A program made the translations under genes and the position numbers. Positions 26,641-39,561 of a stretch of DNA of 64,000 nt are shown here, piece after piece. Each line of letters begins with the position of its first letter. The first letter of the stretch is position 1. Under the pieces are notes generated by a model. It was not told where the DNA came from. It searched no databases and saw only the letters and a program-made list of their open reading frames with translations. Source of the stretch: Pristiophorus japonicus (Eukaryota); contig NC_091978.1 of NCBI RefSeq assembly GCF_044704955.1, positions 319,920,001-319,984,000 on the forward strand, read 5' to 3'.

Positions 26641-28873
26641 CTACCCAGTGAAATTAATCAATGAAGAAAAAAAGTGACACAAATCACCCATTTAGCTACC
26701 GACATAAAGGAAAACTGTAATTGTTATTAGAATGTTACCAACCATCGGAGAGACGAGAAGAGAACCTCCATGTGCCTGTATTTCGTGTCGCAGTCTACTA
26801 TCAGTCCATTGTCTGTTAGTTGAACCAGCTGCCCTGTTCTGAAAGAAGCACAGAACATGAAAAAATCAACTGATTGCATGGAAGCTGTGTATTAATTTTA
26901 TTGATCTGTGCAGTGATTAACATTGACTCTTTGTACCACAAGAAAACAGGACTGTTCAAAGCTTGTAGTACTCAGTGGCATGTGTATTAAAGAACGGAGA
27001 AGCAGTGGCCATTTGTTGCCTGCTTAATCTGACCTGAAAAGTAAGCATTGAATGGTACCCTTGACAGGTGACGTTTCGTGTGTAGAATGTGCAGCAGGCT
27101 TCCATATGCTTGTACAAATGTCCTCTTATTTAGCTTAATCTGAGTGGGATGTGGGAAACGGTCCAAGTCAGAGATTACTCAGTGTGTAGCAGGGAAAGCC
27201 CATAAGTCTGCACAGCTGTGACTTAATATTCTGCACACCATTTCTTGGGACTCGGTATCAAATATGTTTGTTGTCATAGCACTTCCGTTTTTAAAGTGAA
27301 ATATAAAGTGTTTTTATCCTACAGAAGAAGGACTTTACTGTATGGGGCTTTAGGGAATGTTCTGAATGCATTTCCTGTGCAAAATAACAAAATTAGAATT
27401 CTTTAAATTTCTCTGTTCTTCGAAGCTGAGTGCCCAGCCGTTCCACCAGCTGTGGGCTCCCTAAGCTTTGTTGTCCTGTCACAGCTCAATGGAGTATTTA
27501 AAGAGGACTTTGGAAATTTGCCCTGACTGTTGCTTCACATGTCAGTTACCAACACTGACATTTTCACACTGACAAATACATACCATAAAGAACACTTTCA
27601 TACTAACACACAGGTATCTATATAGAGTATTTCACACTGATAGCTACTTGCTATTGAGTGCTGGTTAGGTATAACATTTCATTAATTCCCAGTTTAAGTT
27701 TCAGCTAGTTTGATCCTGATTAAATGTACCAAATGAGGGGGCCCACAATGCAGTGCTGACTCTGTTTTGTGAATTATACATAAGATCCTTAATTTCTCTC
27801 AACCCCGACCCACCTACTCCTTGCCTCAATTTCTGAAAAATCTCTAATTAGTTGGCTGTATGATAACAGTGTAACATTCTAGGTGAAATATCACAAACAA
27901 CATCCAAAGTGACCACAGAGCTGGGTGGTGATGACACATACTGGGCCATGAGGAGGAAAAAGAGATGAAGAGGGGATTTGCAAAAAAAATATTGGCAACA
28001 GGAGTGGACCAATTTAGCCCTTTGAGCTTGCTCAACCATTCCACTAAATCAGGCCTCATCTGTACCTCAACTCCATTTACCAGCCTCAGCTCCATATCCC
28101 TTAATACCCATACCAAACAAAAATCTATTGCTCTCGGTCTTCAAAGCTCAATTGTCCCAGCATCCACCGCTTGTTGTGAGGGCGAGCATTCTAAATTTCT
28201 ATGACCCTTTGTGTGAACAATTGCTTCCTGATTTACTTCCTGAATGGCCTAGCTCTAATTTTATGATTAGGACCCCTCATTCCTAATTCCCCCATCAGAG
28301 GAAATAGAATCCTTTTAATATTTTAAACTCATTGATCAGATCACCCATCAAACTTCTATACTTACCGGTGCACAAAACTGAAAACAGTACTCTAAATGGA
28401 CGCTGACCAAGACTCTATACAACTGAAGCATAATTTCCTCCCGTTTGTAATCCAGCCCCCTTGAGATAAAGGTCAGCATTCCATTCGCTTTTTGATTGCT
28501 ATTTGTACCTGTCTACTCGCTTTGAATGATTTGTGTACTTGGACTCACAAATCTCTCTGCTCCTCTACAGTTCCTACTATTTAGAAAATACTTCAGTTTA
28601 TCTTTCTTCGTACCAAAATGGATGATCTCACACTTGCCGACATTAAACTCCATCTGCCAGAGTTTTGCCCATTCACTTAATCTGTCTATGTCCCTTTGCA
28701 ACTTCCTGTTTCCATATGTTTTACTTACTGTCCCTCCTAATTTAGTGTCATCTGCAAACTTGGATATGCAACACTCTCCTTCATCCAAGTCATTAATAAA
28801 TATGGTGAAAAGCCTAGGGATCATCATTTGTCACATCCTGTCAATCTGACTACATGCCCTTTATTCCACTCTC

Positions 28874-28957
28874 TGTCTCCTACCTCCCAATCAATGTCTC
28901 CTACCTCCCAACCAATGTCTCCTACCTCCCAACCAATATCTCCTACCTCCCAACCAA
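28874..28957. repeat. 21 bp x4 tandem repeat expanded inside CR1 RT
   Basis: tgtctcctacctcccaaccaa x4 (2 substitutions). Confidence 0.9.
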
Positions 28958-29492
28958 TTTCCAACCCTTCAAAAGGCTACCTCCAATTCCATGCACTCTA
29001 ATTTTTGCCATTAATGTTTTGTGTAGAACTTTATCGATTGTCTTCTGGAAGTCTATATAGATAACATCTATGGACACTCTTTGTCTACTTTATTAGTGAC
29101 CTCCTTAAAAAATTCAACTCGGTTAGTCAGATGTGAATTATCTTTAACAAAGCCATGCTGCTCTCTCTGAGCAATTCATACTTGCTTAAGTGCGCAATCA
29201 TTCTGTCCTTAATGAGAGATTCTAATTTTCCAGTCTAATAGCACAATTCCTGAATCTAGGGAGTTTTGGAAGATAACTAACGCATCTGCAATTTCCTCAC
29301 CTACATCTTTTAATATCCTGGGGTGGAAACCCTCAGGTCCTGGAGATTTATCGACTTTAAGTCCCATTATTTTCTCCATTACCTTTTTTTAACTAATATT
29401 GAATACAATAATTTCCTACCCTAGATTTATTTTCAGTTTACCTTCTATCACAGGTATTTTTCCTCTTCCTCCAATGTGAAAATGCATACAAA

Positions 29493-30111
29493 GGGCTAGA
29501 AATTGGCCAGCCTTGCGCCATTTTTTCGGCGATATTTTACCTTTTTTGACGTTTAAAAGATGTCCACCTAAATTGGCCAAAGTTGTATGCCAGTGGCTTT
29601 AAAATACCGCTGAAAAGTGGACCGCCGTCGTGCAATACCAAAAAAAGCAATATCGCGTTAAATTGGTCGTTCGGCGCACTCGTATTCTGCGAAAAAGACG
29701 TCCGAGAAAAGCCTGCGTTGCAGCCCCAGAAACAGCGGTAAATATGAAGACCTGCAAAAAAAGATAAGTTAAAGTTTTTATTTTTTAATTCTTTTGCAGC
29801 GATTACTTAGTTAAGGGTCTTATAAATGTTTTGTGATTTTTTTATTTTTTATTTTTTGTATTTTGCAATTTTTGTGTGTGTGTGTGTTTTCCCCCCTCCC
29901 AGGACCTGTCTTTTTAGCAGTAATCGGCCTCGCATTAAAGTTGGCGAGGACCGCAGTTTCCACGACTACTCGTGCAACGCCGATTTTTACCGTCGGGCAC
30001 ATTTTATTGCCAATTTTACCCCTTTAAAAAAAATAGCGGTATTTGTAACGGTATTTTTGGCAAAAAATGTCGATAAAATACCGCTATCGTCGAAAGACCA
30101 ATTTCTAGCCC
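29493..30111. mobile_element. PIF/Harbinger-like MITE, family A
   Basis: Perfect 14 bp TIR gggctagaaattgg / ccaatttctagccc; cleanly interrupts CR1. Confidence 0.85.
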
Positions 30112-30469
30112 AGTTTAATAAATCTGCCATTACCTTGTTATCTATTACCATGTCACCTGCATCTGTCTCTAATGAGCCCACATTTCCCTAAGCCATTCGC
30201 TTACTCCTAATATATTTATAAAAACTTTTACTGTTAACCTTTAGATTACTTGCAAGATTTTTTAGTATTCCCTTTTTGTAGTTCTTAATATTCTGTTATG
30301 TCCCTTTGTGTTTTTTTATTTTTTCCAGTTCGCTGGATTACCACTTTTCTTGGCATTTGTGTAAGTCACTTTCTTTAGCTTTATTCTGTGTCTTACCTCA
30401 CATGTTGACCATGGTTGCTGGACTGTACAAGTGAACCTTTTCTTCTTTAGGTGTATGTATTGGTCTTCA

Positions 30470-31950
30470 TTGAATCATAGTAATTTACAGCGTGGATGTA
30501 GGACATTCAGCCTAAGGTGTCTGTGCCAGCCGAAATAGAGCTATCCAGCCTAATCCCACTTTCCAGCTCTTGGTCCGTAGCCTTGCAGGTTACAGCACTT
30601 CAAATGCATATCCAAGTACTTTTTAAGTGCAATGAGGGTTTCTGCCTCAACCATCCTTTCGGGCCGCAAGTTCCAGACCCATACCACCCTCTGGGCGAAT
30701 AAAGTTCTCCTCAACTCCCCTCTAATCCTTCAACCATTAATTTAAATCTATGTCTCTTGGTTATTGACCGCTCTGCTAGGGGAAATAGGTCCTTCCTATC
30801 CACTCTATCAAGCCTCTCATAATTTTATATACCTCAGCATCCTCTGTTCCAAAGAAAACAACCTCAGCCTATCCAAACTTTCCTCATAGCTAAAATTCTC
30901 CAGTGTTGGCACCATCCTTGTAAATCTCCTCTGTACCCTCTCTAGTGCAATCACATCTTTCCTGTAATGTGGTAACCAGAACTGTACGCAGTACTCTAGC
31001 TGTGGCCTAACTAGTGTTTTATACATTTCTAACATAACGTCCCTGGGCTTTTATTCTATGCCTCAGCTAATAAAGGAAAGCATCCCCTACGCCTTCTTAA
31101 CTACCTTATCTACCTGTCCTGCTAACTACAGGGATCTGTGGACATGCACTCCAAGGTCCCTCTGTTCCTCTACAGTTTTCAGTCTCCTACCATTTATTGT
31201 GTATTCTCTTGCTTTGTTAGCCCTCCCCCAAATGCATTACCTCGTACTTCTCTGGAGTGAATTCCATTTGACACTATTCTGCCCACCTAACCAGTCCATT
31301 GATATCTTCCTGCGATCTATAGCTTTCTTCCTCACTATTAACCACACATCCAATGTTTGTATTATCTGAAAACTTCTTAATCATGCCCCCTACATTGAGT
31401 CTCAATCATTGATATATACCACAAAAAGCAAGGGACCTAGTACTGAGCCCTGCAGAACCCCACTGGAAACAGCCTTTTAGTCAGAAAAACACCCGTCGAT
31501 CATTACCCTTTGCTTCCTGCCACTGAGCCAATTTTGGATCTAACTTACCATTTTCCCTTGGGTCTCATGGCATTTTACTTTTCTGGCCAGTCTGCCATGT
31601 GGGACCTTGCTAAAATCCATACATCAAATGCGCTACCCTCATCGACACTCCTTGTTACCTCCTCAAAAAAAATTCATTCAAGTTAGTCGGACACGAGCTT
31701 CCTTTAAAAATTCCATGCTGACTGCTCTTGATTAATCCGTGATTTTCTAAATGATGATTAGTATTATCCCTCAGAATTTTTTTCAATAATTTGCCCACCA
31801 CCGAGGTTAGTTTGACTGGTCTGTAAGGTCTATTTCTTTCTCCCTTTTTAAACAACAGTACAATGTTAGCAATCCTCCAGTCCTACTGCACCACACCTGT
31901 AGCCAGAGAGGATTGGAAAATAATGGTCAGAGCCTCCGTTATTTCTTTGC
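30470..31950 (-). mobile_element. CR1 3' half (different subfamily), decayed
   Basis: ORF 30817..31035(-) YKTLVRPQLEYCVQFW; ORF 31655..31855(-) YRPVKLTSVVGK...SQHG. Confidence 0.85.
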
Positions 31951-32127
31951 TTGCTTGGTCCAGTGGTAAGGGGGTCGAAGACGACTGGAGATCAGACTCC
32001 GCTGTATGGGCCTAGTACATACAAGCACACAAACTCCTACTGTCCTCATTTCTCCTTCCTGCAGGACCTCTCTCCCTGGGTTGCATAGGATGCAGTGGCG
32101 GTCTCACAAACTCACTGGCCCATGCTG

Positions 32128-32368
32128 CGCTGCTCCTGGGCCCCGACCCTGGTGCTGGTCCAGTCTGCGTCGCTCCTGGGCCACGACCCTGGTGCTGGTC
32201 CATTCTGAGGTGCTCCTGGGCCATGACCCCGCCGCTCCTGGGCCACGACCCTGGTGCCTGGTCCAGTCCGCACCGCTCCTGGGCCACAACCCTGGTGCTG
32301 GTCCAGTCCGCACCGCTCCTGGGCCACGACCCCGCCGCTCCTGGGCCACGACCCTGCTGCTGGTCCAC
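32128..32368. repeat. GC-rich minisatellite (40 bp unit with 22 bp short variants)
   Basis: ccgctcctgggccacgaccctggtgctggtccagtccgca; core ctcctgggcc recurs 7 times. Confidence 0.85.
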
Positions 32369-33499
32369 GCTGGTTGCATTCTCTGAGCTGCTCGCGCTGC
32401 TCCCTGCGGGAGCTGGCTGCTCCTCTTTATTTCCCTGCTGCCAGTGGTGGTGTTTCCCCCCCCACCCCCAGGGAAGGTGTATTAGCTTTCTGATTACACC
32501 AGGTCTCATATGGGCTAGGAAAGTGGGAACGCCCGAACACGGAGTTCCTACTCCTGGACCCACTCACTCCAATGTTCGCGGCCTGGAATGGTTGAGGAAA
32601 TACATCCCCAAGATTCCAATATATTAAAAAGATATGAGTTATATAATTCACAACCACCTCATTTAACTATATAAAATTGACTTTTGTGTGTTTGGACTAT
32701 CTCTGAGTGTTTACATTTGGAATACTGTCTGCAACTTGATTTTGCTGCATTGCTGAGGACCTGAATGAAGAGGTTAAAATTCCCAGAACATCTACCATCA
32801 TTGATTGTCATGTGCACAGTGTCCATCGCCCCTTCCCGCCCCCCCCCATCTGTAATCTGTTCCTCAGTCTTCCCCACGTAGCGTTGCATTCCACTTCTGC
32901 CCCTACTGCTCTGGGCCTTTGTTCCTCACCGCACTCCAATTCTTGGCTCCCTGCTGAGTGCCATTTTCCCAGCTGGGAATGTGACCATGGTTGGCATTAC
33001 AACTAAATACAGAATACATGTTAGCAAAGACATTGGAGAATTGTTAGTAGATTAGAATAACAGTCCGCATGCCATACAAATAATCCTGTTAGTAGACATA
33101 AATGTTTCAAGCAGTATACAGTATAAATAATGCAGTTTATGTAGAATGTATATAACCCAATTACTGTACAGTATAAATAACAGTATACACAAGTAATGTA
33201 GTTAGTATAGGCTATAAGTTCCGCAGGCATGCTCCACTGGTGTCTCAGTGAGTAACTGTATGAATTACTTAGAATTTACAGCACAGAAACGGGCTATTCG
33301 GCCAAACCAGTCTATGCCTATGCCGGTGTATATGCTCCACCAAAACTTCCTCTCACTCTGTTTACTTTATCTCACCATGGCTCAGTACTTACATTGCACA
33401 ATGCACCATAAAGCCCAGAAGATCTTAGGTTCCGTCTGTGCTGATCAGGTGATTTTAGCCAACGTGACAATTTAGGTGCCAGAATTAACTTTGGTGAGG

Positions 33500-35600
33500 A
33501 CATGTATGATGATCAAGTGTGAGTCAGTGTAGGAAAAGATATGGGCAGCAGAATTTTGGACAAGCTGAGGTTTATCGAAGGTGAAAAAAAGGTGAGATGC
33601 TGCCCCTTGGCGACATCATCCGAAAACACAGCATCAGTTTCCACATGTACGCCGACGATACCCAGCTCTACCTCACCACCACTTTGACCACTCCACGGTC
33701 TCTAAATTGATGGACGTCCAGTTTTGGATGAGCAGAAATTTTCTCCAATTAATATTGCGAAGACCGAAGCCATTGATTTCTGTCCCCGCCACAAACTCTG
33801 TTCCATAGCCACTGACTCCATCACTCTCCCCAACATCTAGGCTGAACCACATTATTCGCACCCTTGGAGTCATATTGGACCCTAAAGTGAGCTTCTGCCC
33901 ACATATCCACAGCATGTAAAACACCTATTTCCACCTATGCAATATCGCCCATATCTGCCCTTACCTCAGCTCATCCGCTGCTGGAACCCTTATCCATGCC
34001 TTTGTTACCTCTATTCCAACACACTCCTGGCTGGCCTCCTATGTTTTACCCTAGGTAAACTTGAGGTAATCCAAAACTCGGCTGCCCATGTCCTAACTCA
34101 CACCAAGTTCTGTTCATCCATCATCCCTGTGCTCGCTAACATTGGCTCCTGGTTAAGCAGCTCCTCGGATTTCAAAATTCTCATCCTTGTTTTCAAATCT
34201 CTCCCATGCCTCACCCCTCCGTATCTCTGTAATCTCCTCCAGCCCCACAACGCCCCAAGATATCTGTGCTCCTCTAATTCTGGCCTCTTGAGTATCCTTG
34301 ATTATAATCGCTCAACCATTGGTGACCGTGCCTTCTGTTGTCTAGATCCTAAGCTCTGGAATTACTTGCCTAAACCTCTCTGCCTCTCTACCTCTCTCCT
34401 CCTTTAAGACACTCTTTAAAACCTACCTCTTTGACCAAGCTTTTGGTCATCTGCTCTAATTTCACCTTATGTGGCTCGATGTCAAATTATTTGTCTTAAA
34501 ATACTCATGTGAAGCTCCCTGGGATGTTTTACTGTGTTAATGGCACTATATAAATACAAGTTGTTGTTGTTGTGAACATTGGACCAATCACGTCTGGAGG
34601 TGATAAATTATGGGTTTCAGTAGGAGATGGGTTGAGGTAGTAGCAGAGGCAGAAGTAAGCAGTCTTCGTGATGGAAAGGGTATGAAGCTTAGGGCCAAAC
34701 TAGAGGCTGAGGTTATCAGCAATCAGATTCAGCCTGAACCTTGGCCAAGGAGGGGATGAAATCGATGCTGAGGGTACGAAATTTGTGGTGGGGACCGAGG
34801 GCAGTGTTTTCAGTCTTCCCAATATTTAGGTGAAAGAAGTTACGGCTCATTCAAGACTGGATGTTGGATAAGCAGTCAGACACCTCAGAGGCAGTGGAGG
34901 TGTTGAAAGAGGTGTTGCAGAGGTAGAGTTGGGTATCATTGGCATATATGTGAAACAGGCTCCACGTCTGCGGATAATATTGTTAAGGGACAGCATGTAG
35001 ATGAGAAAAAAGAAGATACAAAGGATGAATCTCTGGAGGGGAAAGAGAAGTCATTGCTCGAGATGCTCTGGCTACGATTTGGTAGGTAATAGTGGAATCA
35101 AACAAGGGTAGTTCCACTGAGCTGGACTGTAGATTAAAGGCACTGGAGGAGGATACAGTGGTTGACCAAGTTAAAGGGCTGCAAAAGTGTTAAGGAGGGA
35201 TAATACACCACAGTCATAGTCCCAGAAAATGTCACTCGTAACTTTGATTCAGGCTGTTTCAGAGCTGTGGCAGGTGTGGAAGGTTGATTATAGGGATTGC
35301 AAAAAGGAATTTCAGGAGGTTAAGCACGCTTCTGGGAGGTGACAACCCATTCAAGGACCTCAGAGAGCAGAGAGACATTGGAGATGAGGTGGTAATTAGC
35401 AAGGACAGAGAGATTGAGAATAGGTTTTTATGGGAGGTGATGACTGGTCTTGAAAGGTTGGGACATAGCACCTGAGGAGTGGAAACCAATTACAATGTCA
35501 GCTAAAATGGGGCCAAGAAGGGAAGTTAGATGCTCCGGAGTTAGAGGGAATGGAGTTGAGGAAGCAGGAAGGTCTTGTGGATGAGATGATTTTGGAGAGG
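33500..35600. mobile_element. L2 (+, 33598-34572) inserted into an older L2 (-)
   Basis: + copy has cacatgtacgccgacgatacccagctctac ([10 protein letters not shown]), ORF 33937..34407 and a (ttg)n tail. Flanks 33540-33590 and 34573-35600 are consecutive reverse-complement L2 sequence. Confidence 0.75.
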
Positions 35601-36291
35601 GCAGGGGGGGAGATGGGGTTATATTTGCTCTCCAGGCAATCCTAGAGTAGTGGACTGTTTTGGCAGAGGAGAGAAGAGCTTGATGTGGTCAAGCCTAGGG
35701 TTGCCCTCCTGGATTGCCAGGAGGCTCTTGGAATAGGACATGGATCTCTCGGGCACTGCTGAGATCTTTGCGCTTTAAATTTCCCACCACAGCCCCCCCT
35801 CTGACTTCACCAGCAGCCAGTGCAAAGAAGCCTGCGGCTTGGTGAGGTCACTGACCCACTGCCACAGAGTGCCAGGGAACGGAAGATTGGTGAGTGTGGG
35901 CTAAGCTGTATGGGTGGTCTCATTGGGGTGCCTTCGTCATCAGGGAACTATTGTAGCTATTCAAAATGAATGCCAGGATAATATAAGACCTTCAAGTGAG
36001 GCAGAAATACGTGTGATTCAACAACCTGTAGGAATTCCTGTCGTACGAAATGTGAAAGATTATTTTCTGTGATATTCCAATGGCGACAGAGGATAATGTG
36101 GTATGGTCAGTGTGTGATCCCACATATAATATGTATTGTGTATGGAATGTCTGTGCAGTTCATTTCAAATTATTTCTGACAATAGAATAAATGCCTGTAT
36201 AGAGATTCTGGAATATGCCCAACAACATCAAAAAACGTCAACTTTTTGATAAGTTGGCAATTTTAATGAATATTTTCATACTAAAATCTAT

Positions 36292-37020
36292 GGCCTGGAA
36301 ATTGAGTCATGTCGAGCGTGTTTTTCAGGCATTATGCAGCCTCTTGCGCCCATAATAGCAGGCAGAAAGTGTACCGCCCAGCATACTGGGCAAGGACAAA
36401 CAAGAGGTGTCTTTTACCCACACCTGAAGCAAATGTTTATCCCTTTGCATATGCAAATAAGGGGCCTAAGTTTGTTGCAAGATTGGTTTGTCCTGAGATA
36501 GCTGGCGCCGTTGCTGGCTGCACTCAGGGAAATCAATATCACACATCAGCTGCAGAAAAACAGTAAGTTACTTTTCTGTAAACCATCATCTCGATCTCCC
36601 CACCCTGGCCTTGAGATCCCCAAACTCCCTCGTTCTCCCCGCAGCCCCCACACTGAGATCCCTGATCTCCAGGCTCTCAGATCTCCCAATCCAAGCCCCA
36701 ATCTCCAGGCTGCCCAATCTCCTTCCCCTTCCTGTCACAGATCATGACTCGCGATCCACCCCTCACCCTCACCCCACCTTCCCAAGGCCTGCAATCACTT
36801 ACTTGAGAGCACAGATAGTTGAAGGCCAGGATCCTTCGGGCCAACAATCACTCACCTGTGGGCTGCTATGGCTCTAGCAGTGGCCCAAGCATCCATAACG
36901 TACCTGCATGCCTCCTCCCACGTCTCTGTGAATGAGGTCCGAGGCCGAATATTCAGGGCTCCTCACACTCTCACCATTCGTGCACAGGTTTGAAAATGTG
37001 CACTCCCAAATTTCTATGCC
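36292..37020. mobile_element. Harbinger-like MITE
   Basis: Termini ggcctggaaattg / caaatttctatgcc; flanks tat/tag. Confidence 0.55.
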
Positions 37021-37059
37021 TAGCATTATACCAAGGAAGTGTGTTAACGTTTTTGCCGT

Positions 37060-38676
37060 GGCCTAGAAATTCGAGGGTTTAGCGCTGGCAGTTAAGGCTG
37101 TTTTTCTGAAAAAAATGGCGGCCGCCCAATTCCGTTGAGTCCCATGATGGCCGCCATTTTTGGCAGATCGGCAGCTCTGCTGTTGCTTGCGCTCGCCGCA
37201 AGTATTTTAATTAGTAGGAGCATGACGTCAATTGGCGTACAACACCTAAATGACACACGCTCATCCATTTTGGAGCTCGCCCTCTCCAAAGCGCGCCCGT
37301 GCGTGCAGCTGTTGACAGCACGTAGAGACAGGAGAAAGTGGCGGTGAGCTATAACCTGTACAGTAAACAGTTGTAGAAATAACCAGTAATTATGGAGAGC
37401 TCAGACTATATAATTGGAGTAAAAATTGCTTCCAATGAGATACATTAAATCCCCCCCCTGGTCCGTCAAACATTATGGGAGGTAAATCATTTTCAAACAA
37501 ACTGTACTGTTGTACAGTTGTAAGAATCTTAGGAAAAAATCAAAACTGCATTTCCTTTAATTTTATACATTAGGTTTACTAGTTTAGGAACTGATAAAAT
37601 AAAATGCAAAGTTTGGAAGTCTGTTTTTAAAAGGCTTAACACCATATTTTCACCAAGAATTCTTCAAAAGTCTGCTGTTGTTAAAAAAAAATTTGCACCC
37701 TCTTCTGCACGATTTACACCAGTAACCACCTGACCAAGAAGTTCATATTCCCTTTTAAAAAAAATATTATTTCCATTGATGTCGCATGCAACGGTTTAAG
37801 GACATTTATGCCACAGTCTTTATATGGTGTTTCTAGTCACAGTCCCTCCAGAGCTGAGCATGTGCTTTAATACCCACTCACCAGGGAGTGGATCAATTAT
37901 AAGAACATAATGAAAAGGAGCAGGAGCAGGCCACACAGCCCCTCGAGTCTGCTCCGCCGTTCAATAGGATCATGGCTGATCTGATCTTGGCCTCAACTCC
38001 ACTTTCCTGCTTGTTCCCCATAACCCTTGACTCCCCGATTGTTCAACATGAATATATTCAATGACTCAGCATCCACAACTCTTTGGGGTAAAGGATTCCA
38101 AAGATTCACGACACTATGCGATCTGCAGGCTAGTGCACTGACATTGCTAGCTGCTAGACGATGCATCCCCCGCCCCTTCCAGCACCGTGGTGGAGCACAA
38201 ACCTCCACACAGCAACCATCTGGGTGAAGCATCTTTGACCTATGGCAGCCAGCGAAGGTGGGAGTACCAGGCAGTCTAGTACCCATTTGTGGACCCCACA
38301 CAAGAGCCAGACAAATGTTTGCGAAAGTAAGGGGGGATCCAGAGACAACAAATGCCTCCTAATGTGTCACAACGCACAATGCTCCAACCCGACAAAGGCC
38401 AACAACGGACTCATTACCTCCTGGCCCTGCAAGACCAAATGATCTGAAACAGCAGATTGCCTGAGAATGCCACACTGGTCCTTTAGATGCGACCTTCAGC
38501 CTCCTGCTGCGGTTACTGCCCGAAAGAGCGCGTTGCGCAAGAGATTTTCTGCTCCGCTCATGTAAATCAGCAGGCAGCATCAAAATACCAGTGCTGTCTG
38601 CACTTTTTGCGGGCGGCCATTAACCTTGGCCTGTGGTGTCGCCGGCCGTTTTCCGGCCTACTCAAATTTCTGGGCC
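37060..38676. mobile_element. Longer Harbinger-like non-autonomous element containing a CR1 tail (-, ~37900-38118)
   Basis: Termini ggcctagaaattcg / caaatttctgggcc; GC-rich subterminal arms. Confidence 0.55.
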
Positions 38677-38712
38677 AATAACTTAAGTCTCAAGCTTCTC
38701 GTTACATTCATT

Positions 38713-39561
38713 GGGCTCAATTTTCCCCAAAGCTGTTTTTTGGCGTACTTGAAGAGTTACACCCGTTTTTTTTGGGCCCAAATATGCCCCAAAAAATCAT
38801 CCAAGTTTCCCCGTTTGAATTCTTCATTTTGGCGCTGCCTAGCCTGTTGTTTAGTTTTAGGGGTGGAGCCCAAGATCTGCGCCAAAAAGATCAGGTTGCC
38901 ACGGTAACCAAGGGCACACTGCGGGCTGAGACTGGAAAGTGAAACACACAGCCAGCTCACAGCAACCTGCACAAAGTGTAATGACAAAATTCTATCTCTC
39001 CCTCTTCCTCTGCCCCCACTCCCCTCCCGATGCCGGTCCCTGCACCTATTCCAGGCCGAAGGGCCTCACGGTGCTGGTCCCAGTCTCCGCTCCTATCCCA
39101 GGCCCAAGTGATTCCCAGTCCCGGTCCCCTATCCTATCCCAGGCCGAATGGCTTCCTCACTCCTGGTCCCCGCTCCTAACTGTGCCCGAAAGACTCCCCC
39201 CTCCCCCCCCTCTCTACCGCTCTCTTTCACCTCTCTGCTGCTATACGGGCCCTGGACCTGCATCTGCTGCACTGATTTACTTACCTGTGCCGATTTTCTT
39301 AAACCACCAGAAGGTTTTTCCACAGACCACATATGCTGTCCTGAGAAGAATTGGAGTAAATCAGAGGTGGCCAAACTTGCTTAAATGGCCAGAATTGGCA
39401 GGTTACGCCTCCTATGACACAAAAAAAACGAACCTAAAAAAATCACAACTAACTAAGTTACGCTGGTGCACATTGATTGGGGAAACTTGTATTTTTTAAC
39501 TTAGACCCAAAAAAGCGGCACGCGCCAAATAAACGCGCAAATCACCTGGGGAAAATTGAGC
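38713..39561. mobile_element. Harbinger-like MITE
   Basis: TIR gctcaattttcccca / tggggaaaattgagc (15 bp). Confidence 0.7.

Larger units (their letters stand above)
27993..30460 (-). mobile_element. Old, internally deleted CR1 ORF2 with a MITE insertion
   Basis: ORF 28513..28827(-) INDLDEG..SKFADDTKLGG...WQMEFNVGKCE; ORF 29987..30181(-) DNKVMADLLN. Confidence 0.8.

Noticed and set aside
29490-30114. Clean 3 bp TSDs for the GGG..CCC MITEs
   Set aside because: Flanks match at best 2 of 3 (atg/att, act/acc, tat/tag) and not here (aaa/agt), so the Harbinger assignment rests on TIR style and is provisional.
32128-32368. CRISPR-like array (also 42318-42628 and 12395-12745)
   Set aside because: Intervening sequences are themselves repeated rather than unique spacers; vertebrate context; no cas genes.
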